Assembly (NCBI GenBank): GCA_944390045.1
Contig: CALXOO010000004.1
Location: 4,464-68,463 of the forward strand
Reading direction: 5' to 3'
DNA length: 64,000 nucleotides
Source: an uncultured Spirochaetales bacterium
Lineage (GTDB): Bacteria; Spirochaetota; Spirochaetia; Sphaerochaetales; Sphaerochaetaceae
Position numbers and translations under genes: made by a program. The notes beneath the pieces were generated by a model that saw nothing but the letters and a program-made list of their open reading frames with translations, was not told the origin of the DNA and searched no databases. This document shows positions 1 to 8,194 of this stretch, one piece after another. The stretch's first letter is position 1; every line of letters begins with the position of its first letter.

Positions 1-1895
1 AGTTCGTATGCCGGAATGTTGACCAGGATATCCTTCCCGTCTTCCTTCTTCAGGTCAGTTGCCAGATAGGCCCCGTAAGGCCCGATCTTCACTGTGTAAG
101 AGCACTGCCTGCCATCCGCCAGAGTGGCCCTGCCGCTGAAATTCGGGAAAGACAGTGTCTTGTAGTCATCCTGCGAGCTGCGGGCCTGTTCGACCATCGC
201 CTTCAGTCCCTGGCTGTCACCACTTCCATAATAGAAGCGGTTGAGATAGTCCAGGCTGTCCAGCTGACCGTTTGCTATCCTGTCCAGCTCATCCTCCATC
301 CTGGAAGTATAGGAATAGTCCACAAGCTGGCTGAAGGCATGCATCATGCAAGCATTGACAGCGAAGCCCGTGAAGGTGGGAACCATCATCCTCTCCTGCT
401 GGCGCACATAACCGCGGTCCAGCAGCGTGCTTATGATCGAGGCGTAAGTACTGGGCCTTCCTATGCCCTGCTCCTCAAGCTTCTTTATCAGGCTTGCCTC
501 GCTGTAGCGGCCTGGGGCGCTCGTGATATGCTCATTGGCGCTCAGGGACGCGCTGGAGAAGACGTCCCCCTCTTTCAGCTGCGGAAGGCTCTCCTGCTCA
601 TCCTCATCCGCCTGGTCATCCCTGTATACTCTGAGATAGCCTGGGAAGATGACGGCAGTGCCGCTGGCACCGAAGAGATAGTCGCCGTTGCCGATCTTCA
701 CTGTAGTGGTGTTCTTTCTGGCACTGGCCATCTGGGTTGCGAGGGTGCGCATCCAGATGAGCGTGTAGAGAGCAAGCTCCTTGCCCTTCAGGCCGGTCTC
801 CTCCGGACGGCGGAAACTGTCTCCGGCAGGACGGATGGCCTCATGGGCCTCCTGGGCATTCTTGCTCTTGTTGCGGAAAGTGCGCACAGAGGGATTGAGG
901 TAAGACTCTCCGAACTCATGCACGATCTGGCTTCTGGCGGCATTGATGCACTCCTGACTGAGATTGACGCTGTCAGTCCTCATGTAAGTGATGAAGCCGT
1001 GCTCGAACAGGGACTGCGCGATGCGCATTGTCTCGCGGCTCGAAAGGCGCAGCCTGCTTGAGGCAGCCTGCTGCAGAGTGCTGGTGGTGAACGGAGGCTG
1101 GGGATTCGAGACCGAGGGCTTGCTCACGACGCTCGTGACTCTGTACTCGGGATTGGCAGCACACCAGGACAGGATTTTCTCACAGTCATCCGGCCCCAGA
1201 ATGAGTGACTTGTTGTCGAACTCGCCGGTCACAGGATCGAAGTCGCGGCTGGTAGCGACACGCTGTCCCGCGACAGACTCAAGCGTGGCGCTGAAGGAAC
1301 CGAAGTCAGCCTTGATGTCATAATACTGGCTGGCCTTATAGTTCAGCCGTTCCAGCTCCTTCTCGACTATGAAGCGGAGCCCTACAGACTGCACCCTTCC
1401 GCCGGAAAGCTTCTTGTTGCTGAGCTTTCTCCAGAGGACCGGTGATACTTCGTAGCCGTACAGCCTGTCGATAATCCTCCTGTCCTCCTGGGCCTTGACC
1501 AGATTCATGTCAAGGTCCCTTCCTCCCTTGAGGGCCTGTGCAATTGCAGCACGGGTGATCTCGTGGAAGACCATCCTGCGGTATGGGACCGAGGGCTTGA
1601 GCAGTTCAACGAGGTGCCAACTTATGGACTCTCCCTCGCGGTCCTCATCAGTCGCCAGCAGCAGCTCGTCACTGTCCTTCAGTTTCTTGCGCAGGTCCCT
1701 GATGAGTGACTCCTTCCCCTCACTGATGATGTACTGGGGAGCGAAGCCGTGATCAAAGTCGATCGCGATATGATCCTCGGGCAGGTCCCTCACGTGGCCC
1801 TTGCTGGCCACTACTGTGAAGTCCTTGTCCAGATAGCGCTTAATAGTCTCCGCCTTGGTTGGAGACTCGACAATTACAAGTGTCCTTTTTGACAT
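1..1895 (-). CDS. topA: DNA topoisomerase I (type IA), first ~631 codons; gene continues past the left window edge
   Basis: Absent from the ORF track because it is open to base 1. Hand translation from ATG (complement 1895-1893) gives MSKRTLVIVESPTKAETIKRYLDKDFTVVASKGHVRDLP (Toprim start). In frame at ~1440-1380: VLWRKLSNKKLSAGRVQSVG. The frame is still open at bases 68-3 (YLATDLKKEDGKDILVNIPAYE). Confidence 0.9.
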   Translation of the reverse strand, partial: MSKRTLVIVESPTKAETIKRYLDKDFTVVASKGHVRDLPEDHIAIDFDHGFAPQYIISEGKESLIRDLRKKLKDSDELLLATDEDREGESISWHLVELLKPSVPYRRMVFHEITRAAIAQALKGGRDLDMNLVKAQEDRRIIDRLYGYEVSPVLWRKLSNKKLSGGRVQSVGLRFIVEKELERLNYKASQYYDIKADFGSFSATLESVAGQRVATSRDFDPVTGEFDNKSLILGPDDCEKILSWCAANPEYRVTSVVSKPSVSNPQPPFTTSTLQQAASSRLRLSSRETMRIAQSLFEHGFITYMRTDSVNLSQECINAARSQIVHEFGESYLNPSVRTFRNKSKNAQEAHEAIRPAGDSFRRPEETGLKGKELALYTLIWMRTLATQMASARKNTTTVKIGNGDYLFGASGTAVIFPGYLRVYRDDQADEDEQESLPQLKEGDVFSSASLSANEHITSAPGRYSEASLIKKLEEQGIGRPSTYASIISTLLDRGYVRQQERMMVPTFTGFAVNACMMHAFSQLVDYSYTSRMEDELDRIANGQLDSLDYLNRFYYGSGDSQGLKAMVEQARSSQDDYKTLSFPNFSGRATLADGRQCSYTVKIGPYGAYLATDLKKEDGKDILVNIPAYE

Positions 1896-2017
1896 TTCCT
1901 ATCCTGTTTTCCCGGAATAGAAAAATAACGGCCCCGGAAAAAACTTGTCAAGTCTTGTCCAGGGCCCATTCTCCGGCTTATTACATCTTTAATATGTAAT
2001 AAGAAAAAAAACTGGCA

Positions 2018-2857
2018 TCAGCTGATCCTGCGCAGCATGTATGTATATGGGTTGCCAGGATCCATCGGGTTCTTGAAGAGGGCGCTTTTTGCCAGCCCTC
2101 CGCCGGTTGTCGAGAAGCTCAGGTAAGGCCCCTCAGCATCACAGCCGAAGACATAGTTGCTTGTTGTGGTCACGCCGATACCGAGGGCGCTGGAGCGGAT
2201 GTCCACGCTGATTGTGTCATTCGTCATGCGCACGGAGTCGACCTTGAAACGGCTGGGACTTATGGGCAGGACATTGAACTTGCTGCAGTTGAGGCGGTAT
2301 GCGATACCGGCCGGGCTGTCACTGTCATAATCGATCCAGTCCCATGACTCTGAGCTGAAGTCCTGGAGCGGGAAGATCACATGCTCTTCTCCGTCCTGGA
2401 CGAATGACACCTGCATGTACTGTCCGTATGTGGGATCCTCCTTCAGTTCGGCCCTGTACACGATCTCGCTCATCATGCCGCCGTTGTCATCATCAGTCTG
2501 GTTTTCCCAGCGGTACAGGCCGCTGTAGTTTCCAGTCGTCACACTGACAGCCTCCGCATCCAGCGTATTGTTGTCTCCGTCCCGGGCCCCCAGCACGAAG
2601 CGGAAGCCGGAATCCTGCGCAAGATGCTCGACAGTATAAGTGTTCTCAGTTGACGGAAGCCGCACGACAAAGGCCTCCCCGTTATAGATGTCATACCACT
2701 GGGCTCCGTCCACGCTCTCCCAGGAGAGCACCACGCTGTTGACCAGAACCCGGGCATTGAAAGAGAGGGCGCGTGCTGTCAGCGGAGAGAGAGGAAGCAT
2801 CAGAAGCAGAGCAAAAGAAGTCAGAAAAAGCCGGACCAACATATTTCCCTTGTTCAC
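2018..2857 (-). CDS. exported hypothetical protein with FN3-like module
   Basis: Signal peptide MLVRLFLTSFALLLMLPLSPLTARA. VVLSWESVDGAQWYDIYNGE...YTV resembles a fibronectin-III repeat. Start is GTG 2857 or ATG 2842. Confidence 0.55.
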   Translation of the reverse strand: MNKGNMLVRLFLTSFALLLMLPLSPLTARALSFNARVLVNSVVLSWESVDGAQWYDIYNGEAFVVRLPSTENTYTVEHLAQDSGFRFVLGARDGDNNTLDAEAVSVTTGNYSGLYRWENQTDDDNGGMMSEIVYRAELKEDPTYGQYMQVSFVQDGEEHVIFPLQDFSSESWDWIDYDSDSPAGIAYRLNCSKFNVLPISPSRFKVDSVRMTNDTISVDIRSSALGIGVTTTSNYVFGCDAEGPYLSFSTTGGGLAKSALFKNPMDPGNPYTYMLRRIS

Positions 2858-2885
2858 CGAATAGTAATTACTATATCCTTATTGT

Positions 2886-3581
2886 ATGCGAAAAACACTT
2901 GTCTTGTCAATTTTATTGGTCATTTTGCTGGCCAGTTGTACGGTAACTGAGGATCTGACCATCTCAGACGGGGCGTCAAGCTCCAGCAGCGACATAAACG
3001 TCCAGCAGTTCTTCGTCGATGTGATCCAGGATTACTCGCAGTTCATGCCCTCCGGAAGCGAGAACATCATGGACAGTGCGATCCGCACCTTCGCCGGACA
3101 GATAGAGGATGCTGAGGCCGGATGGAATACGGTCTTCATAAAAGACGGGGAGAACAGCTATACGGGAGTCTTCAACTTCTCCAGCATCGAGACACTCGCC
3201 GACGAGCTCGGGGGAGGAAGCCAGAGCATCATCACACAGACCGGCAACAGCCTCACCTTCAACTGCAATATCGACAACTACAAGGAGCTTGAGAACATCG
3301 TGCCCTTCCTGGCCGACCCGAACATCAGTGTATACCTTGCGGAGTACAACATCGGCTACAGCGAGCAGGATTACATGGACATGATCACATTCGCAATCGG
3401 CGCGGAGGCTCCTGAGGCGCTGCGCAGCAGCATGATAGAGATCAACATCACGGTGCCGGGAAGCATCACTTCAATAAGCGGAGCGGTCAAGACCGGAGAC
3501 AACACGCTGACCTTCTCCTTCCCGCTGATCGACTTCCTCCTCCTGGCCGAGCCTCTCGCATTCTCGGTCCAATGGAACTGA
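2886..3581 (+). CDS. hypothetical lipoprotein
   Basis: MRKTLVLSILLVILLASC lipobox-type signal. 231-aa ORF with no recognisable catalytic motif. Confidence 0.55.
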   Translation: MRKTLVLSILLVILLASCTVTEDLTISDGASSSSSDINVQQFFVDVIQDYSQFMPSGSENIMDSAIRTFAGQIEDAEAGWNTVFIKDGENSYTGVFNFSSIETLADELGGGSQSIITQTGNSLTFNCNIDNYKELENIVPFLADPNISVYLAEYNIGYSEQDYMDMITFAIGAEAPEALRSSMIEINITVPGSITSISGAVKTGDNTLTFSFPLIDFLLLAEPLAFSVQWN

Positions 3582-3746
3582 AGTCACCGCATTCCGCCCT
3601 GGTCCGGACGGGGTCCCGGAACATCTTCCGCTGCCTGCCCGGCGGGGCTGAATCGTTGACAGCACCTTGCCCTTGATGATATTTTCTTATGCGTTGTGCC
3701 GCAGGCCGGCACAGCGTCTGCATACAACAAAAAGGAAGTGATCCGA

Positions 3747-5252
3747 ATGGCTGACACAGAAAACAGGGATATTGACTTCAACAAGGCCAGACAGGGCCTA
3801 GAGAAGGCCGAAGCACCGAAGGATGGTAAGGGGAAGAAGCCGCACGGCAAGAAGTCCTTCGCCTGGTGGGCGGGCGTCATCGTCCTCATCCTCATCTCGA
3901 TAACATTCATCCTGCCTGCGACAGGCGTCACGAGTCTTTTCATGGACACGAGCATCGAGTTCGGCCGCTACAATGGCACACCGATTGAGTACGCCAACGG
4001 CAGCTACATGTTCAACCAGTACTACAACCTCTACATGCAGTACGGCTCCTATATGGATTCGACAAGCCTGCTCTATCAGGCCTATTACAACACTGTCCTG
4101 CATGAGGCCCTCACACAGAAGGCCGAAGAGGTCGGCTTCTACGCTTCCGAGGAGATGATCAACCACGCCATCATCGATTCCGGCTACTACAACAACGCTG
4201 ACGGTGTCTTCGACGAGGCGGCATACAACGCCACAGGAGTCAGCGAGAGGACGAGCATCTACAACACGGCCAGGGACCTGGTTCCCGCACAGACGGTCTC
4301 CGCGGACATCGCCACAGTGCTCTCCTCAGACGCTGAGCGCGAGTTCATCTCCACAATGGCAGCGACCGGAAGGACCTTTGACTATGTCGCATTCGACTAC
4401 ACGGCCTACCCCGCCGACCTGGCACAGGCCTATGCCAACAACAACCCGCAGCCCTTCACTGTCATCCAGACAAGCGTGCTGAGCGCTGCGAGCCAGGATG
4501 AGGCAGACAGCCTGCTTGACGAGCTCAATGCGGACCCTGCCCTCTTCGACACAAGGCTCAGTGAGGCAGGAAGCGAGAGTCAGAGCCTCTGCTTTTATGA
4601 GCTGTCCGCCATCGGCGAGGAGAATGTCAACACACTCTTCTCAACGGCTGAGGGCGCATTCGCAGGACCTTTCCAGAACGGATCCAGATGGGAGATCTAC
4701 CGCGTTGACGCAAGTCCTGTCGTCCCCGACTTCACTGACAGCAGTATCCTGGACAAGGTCAGAAGCTACATCAACACGAACGATGCTTCGCTGGTCACAG
4801 ACTGGGCTGCCGGTGCCAGCCAGGACTTCTACGCTGCCGCTTCGGCTGACTTTGACGGCGCGGCCGCACAGGCAGGTCTCACCGCACAGACTGTGGACTT
4901 CACCCCGGTCAGCAACGGTCACAGCGGAATCCTTTCCAGTTTCAGCGCCACTGACGCCTATGGCCTGCTCTCAGCTGCCGCATCCGGTGACAGCGCGTAC
5001 AACGGGCTCCTCTTCACCAGTGCGGAAGGCACAGTACTCGAGCCGGTTGCCAGCGGCAATGCCTGGATCGTGACCCGCGTGAATGCCGAGACTGTCGATT
5101 CAAGCCAGTCCAGCTTCATCGATACTTTCTACGACTACCTCAACTCCTCAATGGCATCAAGTGATCTGCAGAATGCGATTCTGACCAGCAACCTCTTTGA
5201 GGACAATTTCTACACAGTCGTCATCGAGCAGCTGATCAACTCCTCCAACTGA
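3747..5252 (+). CDS. membrane-anchored SurA-N/PpiD-like periplasmic chaperone candidate
   Basis: ATG 3747 preceded by AAGGAAG; the track ORF begins at GTG 3696. One N-terminal TM segment (WWAGVIVLILISITFILPA) followed by a long soluble domain. Overall resemblance to SurA N-terminal domain proteins; no PPIase core recognised. Confidence 0.5.
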   Translation: MADTENRDIDFNKARQGLEKAEAPKDGKGKKPHGKKSFAWWAGVIVLILISITFILPATGVTSLFMDTSIEFGRYNGTPIEYANGSYMFNQYYNLYMQYGSYMDSTSLLYQAYYNTVLHEALTQKAEEVGFYASEEMINHAIIDSGYYNNADGVFDEAAYNATGVSERTSIYNTARDLVPAQTVSADIATVLSSDAEREFISTMAATGRTFDYVAFDYTAYPADLAQAYANNNPQPFTVIQTSVLSAASQDEADSLLDELNADPALFDTRLSEAGSESQSLCFYELSAIGEENVNTLFSTAEGAFAGPFQNGSRWEIYRVDASPVVPDFTDSSILDKVRSYINTNDASLVTDWAAGASQDFYAAASADFDGAAAQAGLTAQTVDFTPVSNGHSGILSSFSATDAYGLLSAAASGDSAYNGLLFTSAEGTVLEPVASGNAWIVTRVNAETVDSSQSSFIDTFYDYLNSSMASSDLQNAILTSNLFEDNFYTVVIEQLINSSN

Positions 5253-5274
5253 GATCACGCATGACGGACTGAAG

Positions 5275-5310
5275 GGCACAGCTTTTCCGGCTGTGCCTTT
5301 TGTTTTATTA
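5275..5310 (+). terminator. Rho-independent terminator after the SurA-like gene
   Basis: GGCACAGC (5275-5282) pairs with GCTGTGCC (5290-5297), followed by TTTTGTTTTATT. Confidence 0.7.
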
Positions 5311-5318
5311 TTGCTTTC

Positions 5319-6326
5319 ATGCAGACAAGCGAAGTGACATGCCAGAAGGCAGTACTGACCCCGGACGGGGACCTGGCCGTCGAAGGATGGGCAAGGGCCA
5401 ATTATTTCGCATACAACAGGGATGTTCTGCCGCGGCGTACTGCCGGTCTGGTGGAAGCGGATATCTACACGCTCTACAACCCGGGCGCCTCCTACTGGAT
5501 CACGCTGGCACTCATTGATGACGGTTTCAAGAGCACCCGCTTTGTCTCATTCACCGATCTCAGACTCCACAGAAGCGTCCAGTGTTCAGCTTCCTCCCGG
5601 CATCCCGGACGGATGCCTCGTCTTGCTGCAAGTTCCAGCGAGGACAGCTGGAGCACTTTCCTGGACAGGGACTGCAGGCTGACACTGACAATCATGAAGA
5701 GAGATGAGAAGCGACACCTTATCTTCAATGCTCCCGGCCTCGTCCTGCCGGACGGCTCAGTGGGGCTGCTTGGAGATTTCAGCCTCCTTCAGGAGCGGAC
5801 CCAGGAATCCATCAGCAGCTGCATGGGGCGTCAGGACGACCCGAAGGCCTTCCATCTGGCCCAGCGCATCCTTCCCCTGCCTGTGGTCTCCGGCTACATA
5901 AGGCGCGGAAGGGAGAAGGACATGCTGGCAATGGACCGGAGTCTGGCCGCCCTGAGCTGGACACGCAGCCGCCACATGAAGCACCTTGGACGCATGTTCA
6001 GCGCCACTGCGCTTTCCGGGGAGGAATCATTCACCTTCGGCTACGGCTGTGAAAAGGAGCTTGGAGTGCTCGTCAGGGATGGCAGTATCACACATCTGGG
6101 CGAAGTGGACTTCAACCTGCATAAGGACATCATGAAGCCCTGGATGCTGAAGGATGCCAGAGGAGACGTAGATCTGGTCTTCACGCCACAGTGCACGCTC
6201 TCACCTGACTGCACAGGATGCGGAACGACGGTCTTCGGGCACTTCAGCGGAACAGTTACGGACGCCGGAGGGAAAATCACGGACATTGACGGGACGGCCG
6301 GCTGCTGCAGCCTCAGCCAGTCTTGA
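5319..6326 (+). CDS. DUF2804-like hypothetical protein
   Basis: 335-aa ORF. N-terminal LTPDGDLAVEGWARANYFAYNRD and the overall length recall DUF2804 family members. Recognition from memory only. Confidence 0.45.
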   Translation: MQTSEVTCQKAVLTPDGDLAVEGWARANYFAYNRDVLPRRTAGLVEADIYTLYNPGASYWITLALIDDGFKSTRFVSFTDLRLHRSVQCSASSRHPGRMPRLAASSSEDSWSTFLDRDCRLTLTIMKRDEKRHLIFNAPGLVLPDGSVGLLGDFSLLQERTQESISSCMGRQDDPKAFHLAQRILPLPVVSGYIRRGREKDMLAMDRSLAALSWTRSRHMKHLGRMFSATALSGEESFTFGYGCEKELGVLVRDGSITHLGEVDFNLHKDIMKPWMLKDARGDVDLVFTPQCTLSPDCTGCGTTVFGHFSGTVTDAGGKITDIDGTAGCCSLSQS

Positions 6327-6387
6327 TCAAAGCCTCTTTACAGGCTATTCTTCCTCGTCCAGAAACTATTGCCAGGGAAGAAGAAAG

Positions 6388-8151
6388 ATGAATGAAGAAT
6401 ACAGTGCATCCGAGGCATTCAGCAGGCTCGGCCTGTCGGATGTGAGTCTTAGGGCGCTTGCGAAGAAAGGATTCAGGGAGCCCACAGAGATCCAGAAGGC
6501 ATGCATTCCGCTGCTGCTTGACGGGAGCAAGGACGTAGTGGGTCAGGCGCAGACAGGAACCGGGAAGACCGCGGCCTTCGCCCTGCCCATCCTTGAGCTC
6601 ATTGATGCCGCTTCCAGACAGACGCAGGCCCTGGTGCTCACGCCGACCAGAGAGCTGGCCATCCAGGTGGCGGATGAGATTGAGTCCCTCAAGGGAGAGC
6701 GGCGGATAGCGGTTGCCGCAATCTACGGAGGTGCAAGCTATGAGACCCAGTTCAGGCTGCTGAAAGCCGGATGCCAGATCATCGTCGGAACCCCGGGAAG
6801 GATACAGGACCATCTTGAGCGCGGAACTCTGGACCTGGGGCATCTGCAATTCGCCGTCCTGGATGAGGCTGATGAGATGCTTGACATGGGCTTCATCGAT
6901 GACATAGGCAAAATCCTCTCCCAGACAAACAGCGACAAGAGAATGCTCATGTTCTCAGCCACGATGCCTGCCCCAATCCTCAACCTTGCCCTCAATTTCA
7001 TGCGCGACTATGAGATCGTCAGGATCAGCAGCACCGAGAGCACGGAGAATCTCACCAGCCAGTACTACTGCCTAGTGAGGGAAGCCGACAAGACAGAGGC
7101 CCTGAGGCGGATCATCGACTCCTGCAGTGACTTCTACGCGATTGTCTTCTGCAAGACCAAGCTGCAGTGCGAGGAGATCGGTCATGAACTCAGCCAGGGC
7201 GGCTACCCGGCAGAGGCCCTTCACGGCGACCTGTCACAGAAACAGCGGGAGACGATTCTCCAGAAGCTGAGAGAGCACAGGATCAGTATCCTTGTGGCCA
7301 CTGACGTTGCCGCACGCGGCATCGACATAAACGACCTGACACATGTGATCAACTATTCGGTCCCCGGGGATGCGGAGACCTATACTCACAGGATCGGAAG
7401 GACCGGGCGCGCCGGAAAGAGCGGCACGGCCATCACCTTCGTCTCACCTTCCGAGAAGCGCAGGTTCTCATTCATCCAGAAGGCAGCAGGACACAGGGCG
7501 GAGGAGTACCAGCTTCCCGGCATCGATGAGCTGATAAAGATAAAGAAGCAGAAGATCATCGCATCAGTCATGGATGCGCTTGACGGTGACAGCTGGAACT
7601 ATAAAGGACTCTCATCAGCGCTGCTGAGCGCAGTCGAACCGGAAGCGCTCGTGCGCACCCTCCTCCATCTTCACTGGGGAGGAGAGCTCGACAGGAACCG
7701 CTACAGAGAAATCGAGGCGCCTGCAGCATCAGGAGGCAAGGCCACACGCAGCCACGCCAGGAAAGCAGACGGCACGGCACGGCTTTTCATCGCGAAGGGG
7801 CGCAGCGACCGATTCACGAAGCGCACGCTCGCAAACGCGCTGATCGCGGCCTGCAGGGTCAGGAACGAAGACCTGAACGATATCCAGGTGATGGATGACT
7901 TCAGCTTCGTAAACGTGCCGGAATACCTGGCGGGCAGGATCATTTCCACATTCAGGAACCAGGGGGAAGACGGCCGGCCGCTGGTCACACGGGCCAGAGA
8001 AGAGGACGTGCCGCGAAGCGGAGCGAAAAAGCGCAAGTCCAATGCCGATGGACGCCGCTCAGACAGACACTTCCATACCGGCGAGGACTGGAGCGAGTGG
8101 AAAGGTCCCAGGCGGAAGAAGAAAAAGGAAGGCGGGAAAAAACACAAATGA
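6388..8151 (+). CDS. DEAD-box ATP-dependent RNA helicase with basic C-terminal tail
   Basis: Motifs AQTGTGKT, VLDEADEML, MFSATMP and HRIGRTGRAG. C-terminal RRKKKKEGGKKHK tail. ATG 6388 chosen because the longer track ORF (6286) overlaps the previous gene. Confidence 0.9.
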   Translation: MNEEYSASEAFSRLGLSDVSLRALAKKGFREPTEIQKACIPLLLDGSKDVVGQAQTGTGKTAAFALPILELIDAASRQTQALVLTPTRELAIQVADEIESLKGERRIAVAAIYGGASYETQFRLLKAGCQIIVGTPGRIQDHLERGTLDLGHLQFAVLDEADEMLDMGFIDDIGKILSQTNSDKRMLMFSATMPAPILNLALNFMRDYEIVRISSTESTENLTSQYYCLVREADKTEALRRIIDSCSDFYAIVFCKTKLQCEEIGHELSQGGYPAEALHGDLSQKQRETILQKLREHRISILVATDVAARGIDINDLTHVINYSVPGDAETYTHRIGRTGRAGKSGTAITFVSPSEKRRFSFIQKAAGHRAEEYQLPGIDELIKIKKQKIIASVMDALDGDSWNYKGLSSALLSAVEPEALVRTLLHLHWGGELDRNRYREIEAPAASGGKATRSHARKADGTARLFIAKGRSDRFTKRTLANALIAACRVRNEDLNDIQVMDDFSFVNVPEYLAGRIISTFRNQGEDGRPLVTRAREEDVPRSGAKKRKSNADGRRSDRHFHTGEDWSEWKGPRRKKKKEGGKKHK

Positions 8152-8163
8152 CAGACACCACAA

Positions 8164-8185
8164 GGCAGCCGGGCAGCCGGCTGCC
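8164..8185. terminator. GC-rich hairpin between convergent helicase and patatin genes
   Basis: GGCAGCCGG (8164-8172), loop GCAG, CCGGCTGCC (8177-8185). No strong T tract on either side. Confidence 0.45.
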
Positions 8186-8194
8186 TGTCTCATG

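Noticed and set aside
339-1323. Plus-strand ORFs of 240 and 111 aa inside the first 1.9 kb
   Set aside because: They lie antisense to the topA reading frame, which shows clear Toprim and LSAGRVQSV motifs. They are typical GC-rich shadow ORFs with no RBS or recognisable domains.
1976-2010. 10-bp AT-rich hairpin CTTATTACAT/ATGTAATAAG followed by A8, between the FN3-like gene and topA
   Set aside because: The polarity is wrong for an intrinsic terminator. The T run precedes the stem on the minus strand, where both flanking genes lie. It is possibly just promoter-region AT-rich symmetry.
6286-6387. N-terminal extensions offered by the ORF track (also 3696, 10307-10366, 16089, 20039, 22365, 24198, 31595-31624, 42767-42793, 52991-53038, 55364-55489, 57854, 59232)
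   Set aside because: The longer starts overlap the preceding gene, are TTG/GTG codons without an RBS, or would bury signal peptides or catalytic N-termini. Internal ATGs with GGAGG-type RBS were preferred.
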